From a virus (taxonomy: Duplodnaviria > Heunggongvirae > Uroviricota > Caudoviricetes): a stretch of DNA of 5,418 nt. This document shows positions 5,390-5,418 of this stretch, piece after piece (the stretch's first letter is position 1; each line of letters starts with the position of its first letter). The stretch is taken from the IMG/VR virus record IMGVR_UViG_3300022775_000041. One strand, written 5' to 3'. Under the pieces are notes generated by a model. It was not told the origin of the DNA. It ran no database searches and saw only the letters and a list, made by a program, of their open reading frames with translations. Position numbers and translations under genes: made by a program.

Positions 5390-5418
5390 TCTGCGGCGTT
5401 AACTGATAAGGCAATGAC

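Noticed and set aside
1-5418. Search for CRISPR arrays, tRNA or rRNA genes, and IS elements or terminal inverted repeats
   Set aside because: No regularly spaced repeats, no tRNA-like cloverleaf candidates and no transposase-like ORFs were seen. The window is entirely phage-type protein-coding and regulatory DNA.

Overview
This window reads as the early-left and immunity region of a lambdoid prophage, with the leftward genes on the minus strand. From low to high coordinates: exo (110-790), bet (787-1571) and gam (1577-1873), near-identical to phage lambda Red-alpha, Red-beta and Gam as I recall them; a 96-codon hypothetical ORF (1949-2239); an AT-rich non-coding stretch (2360-2598) with direct repeats and a pL-like promoter candidate; a minus-strand intrinsic terminator (2599-2630); a low-GC cassette (2645-4237) encoding a HipA-like kinase-fold protein coupled by an ATGA overlap to a DUF3037-like protein; a cI-type repressor (4360-5051); a divergent operator/promoter region (5052-5161); and a cro-like gene (5162-5389, plus strand). 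The main finding is that the kinase cassette sits exactly where lambda carries rexAB, making it a candidate prophage-encoded exclusion or abortive-infection module. The main caveat is that exo (twice), bet and cI are each interrupted by single-nucleotide changes in short homopolymer runs while the encoded protein is otherwise preserved, so sequencing error is the likeliest explanation and all frame-based calls carry that uncertainty. All homology statements are from memory and by-eye motif reading; no searches were run.
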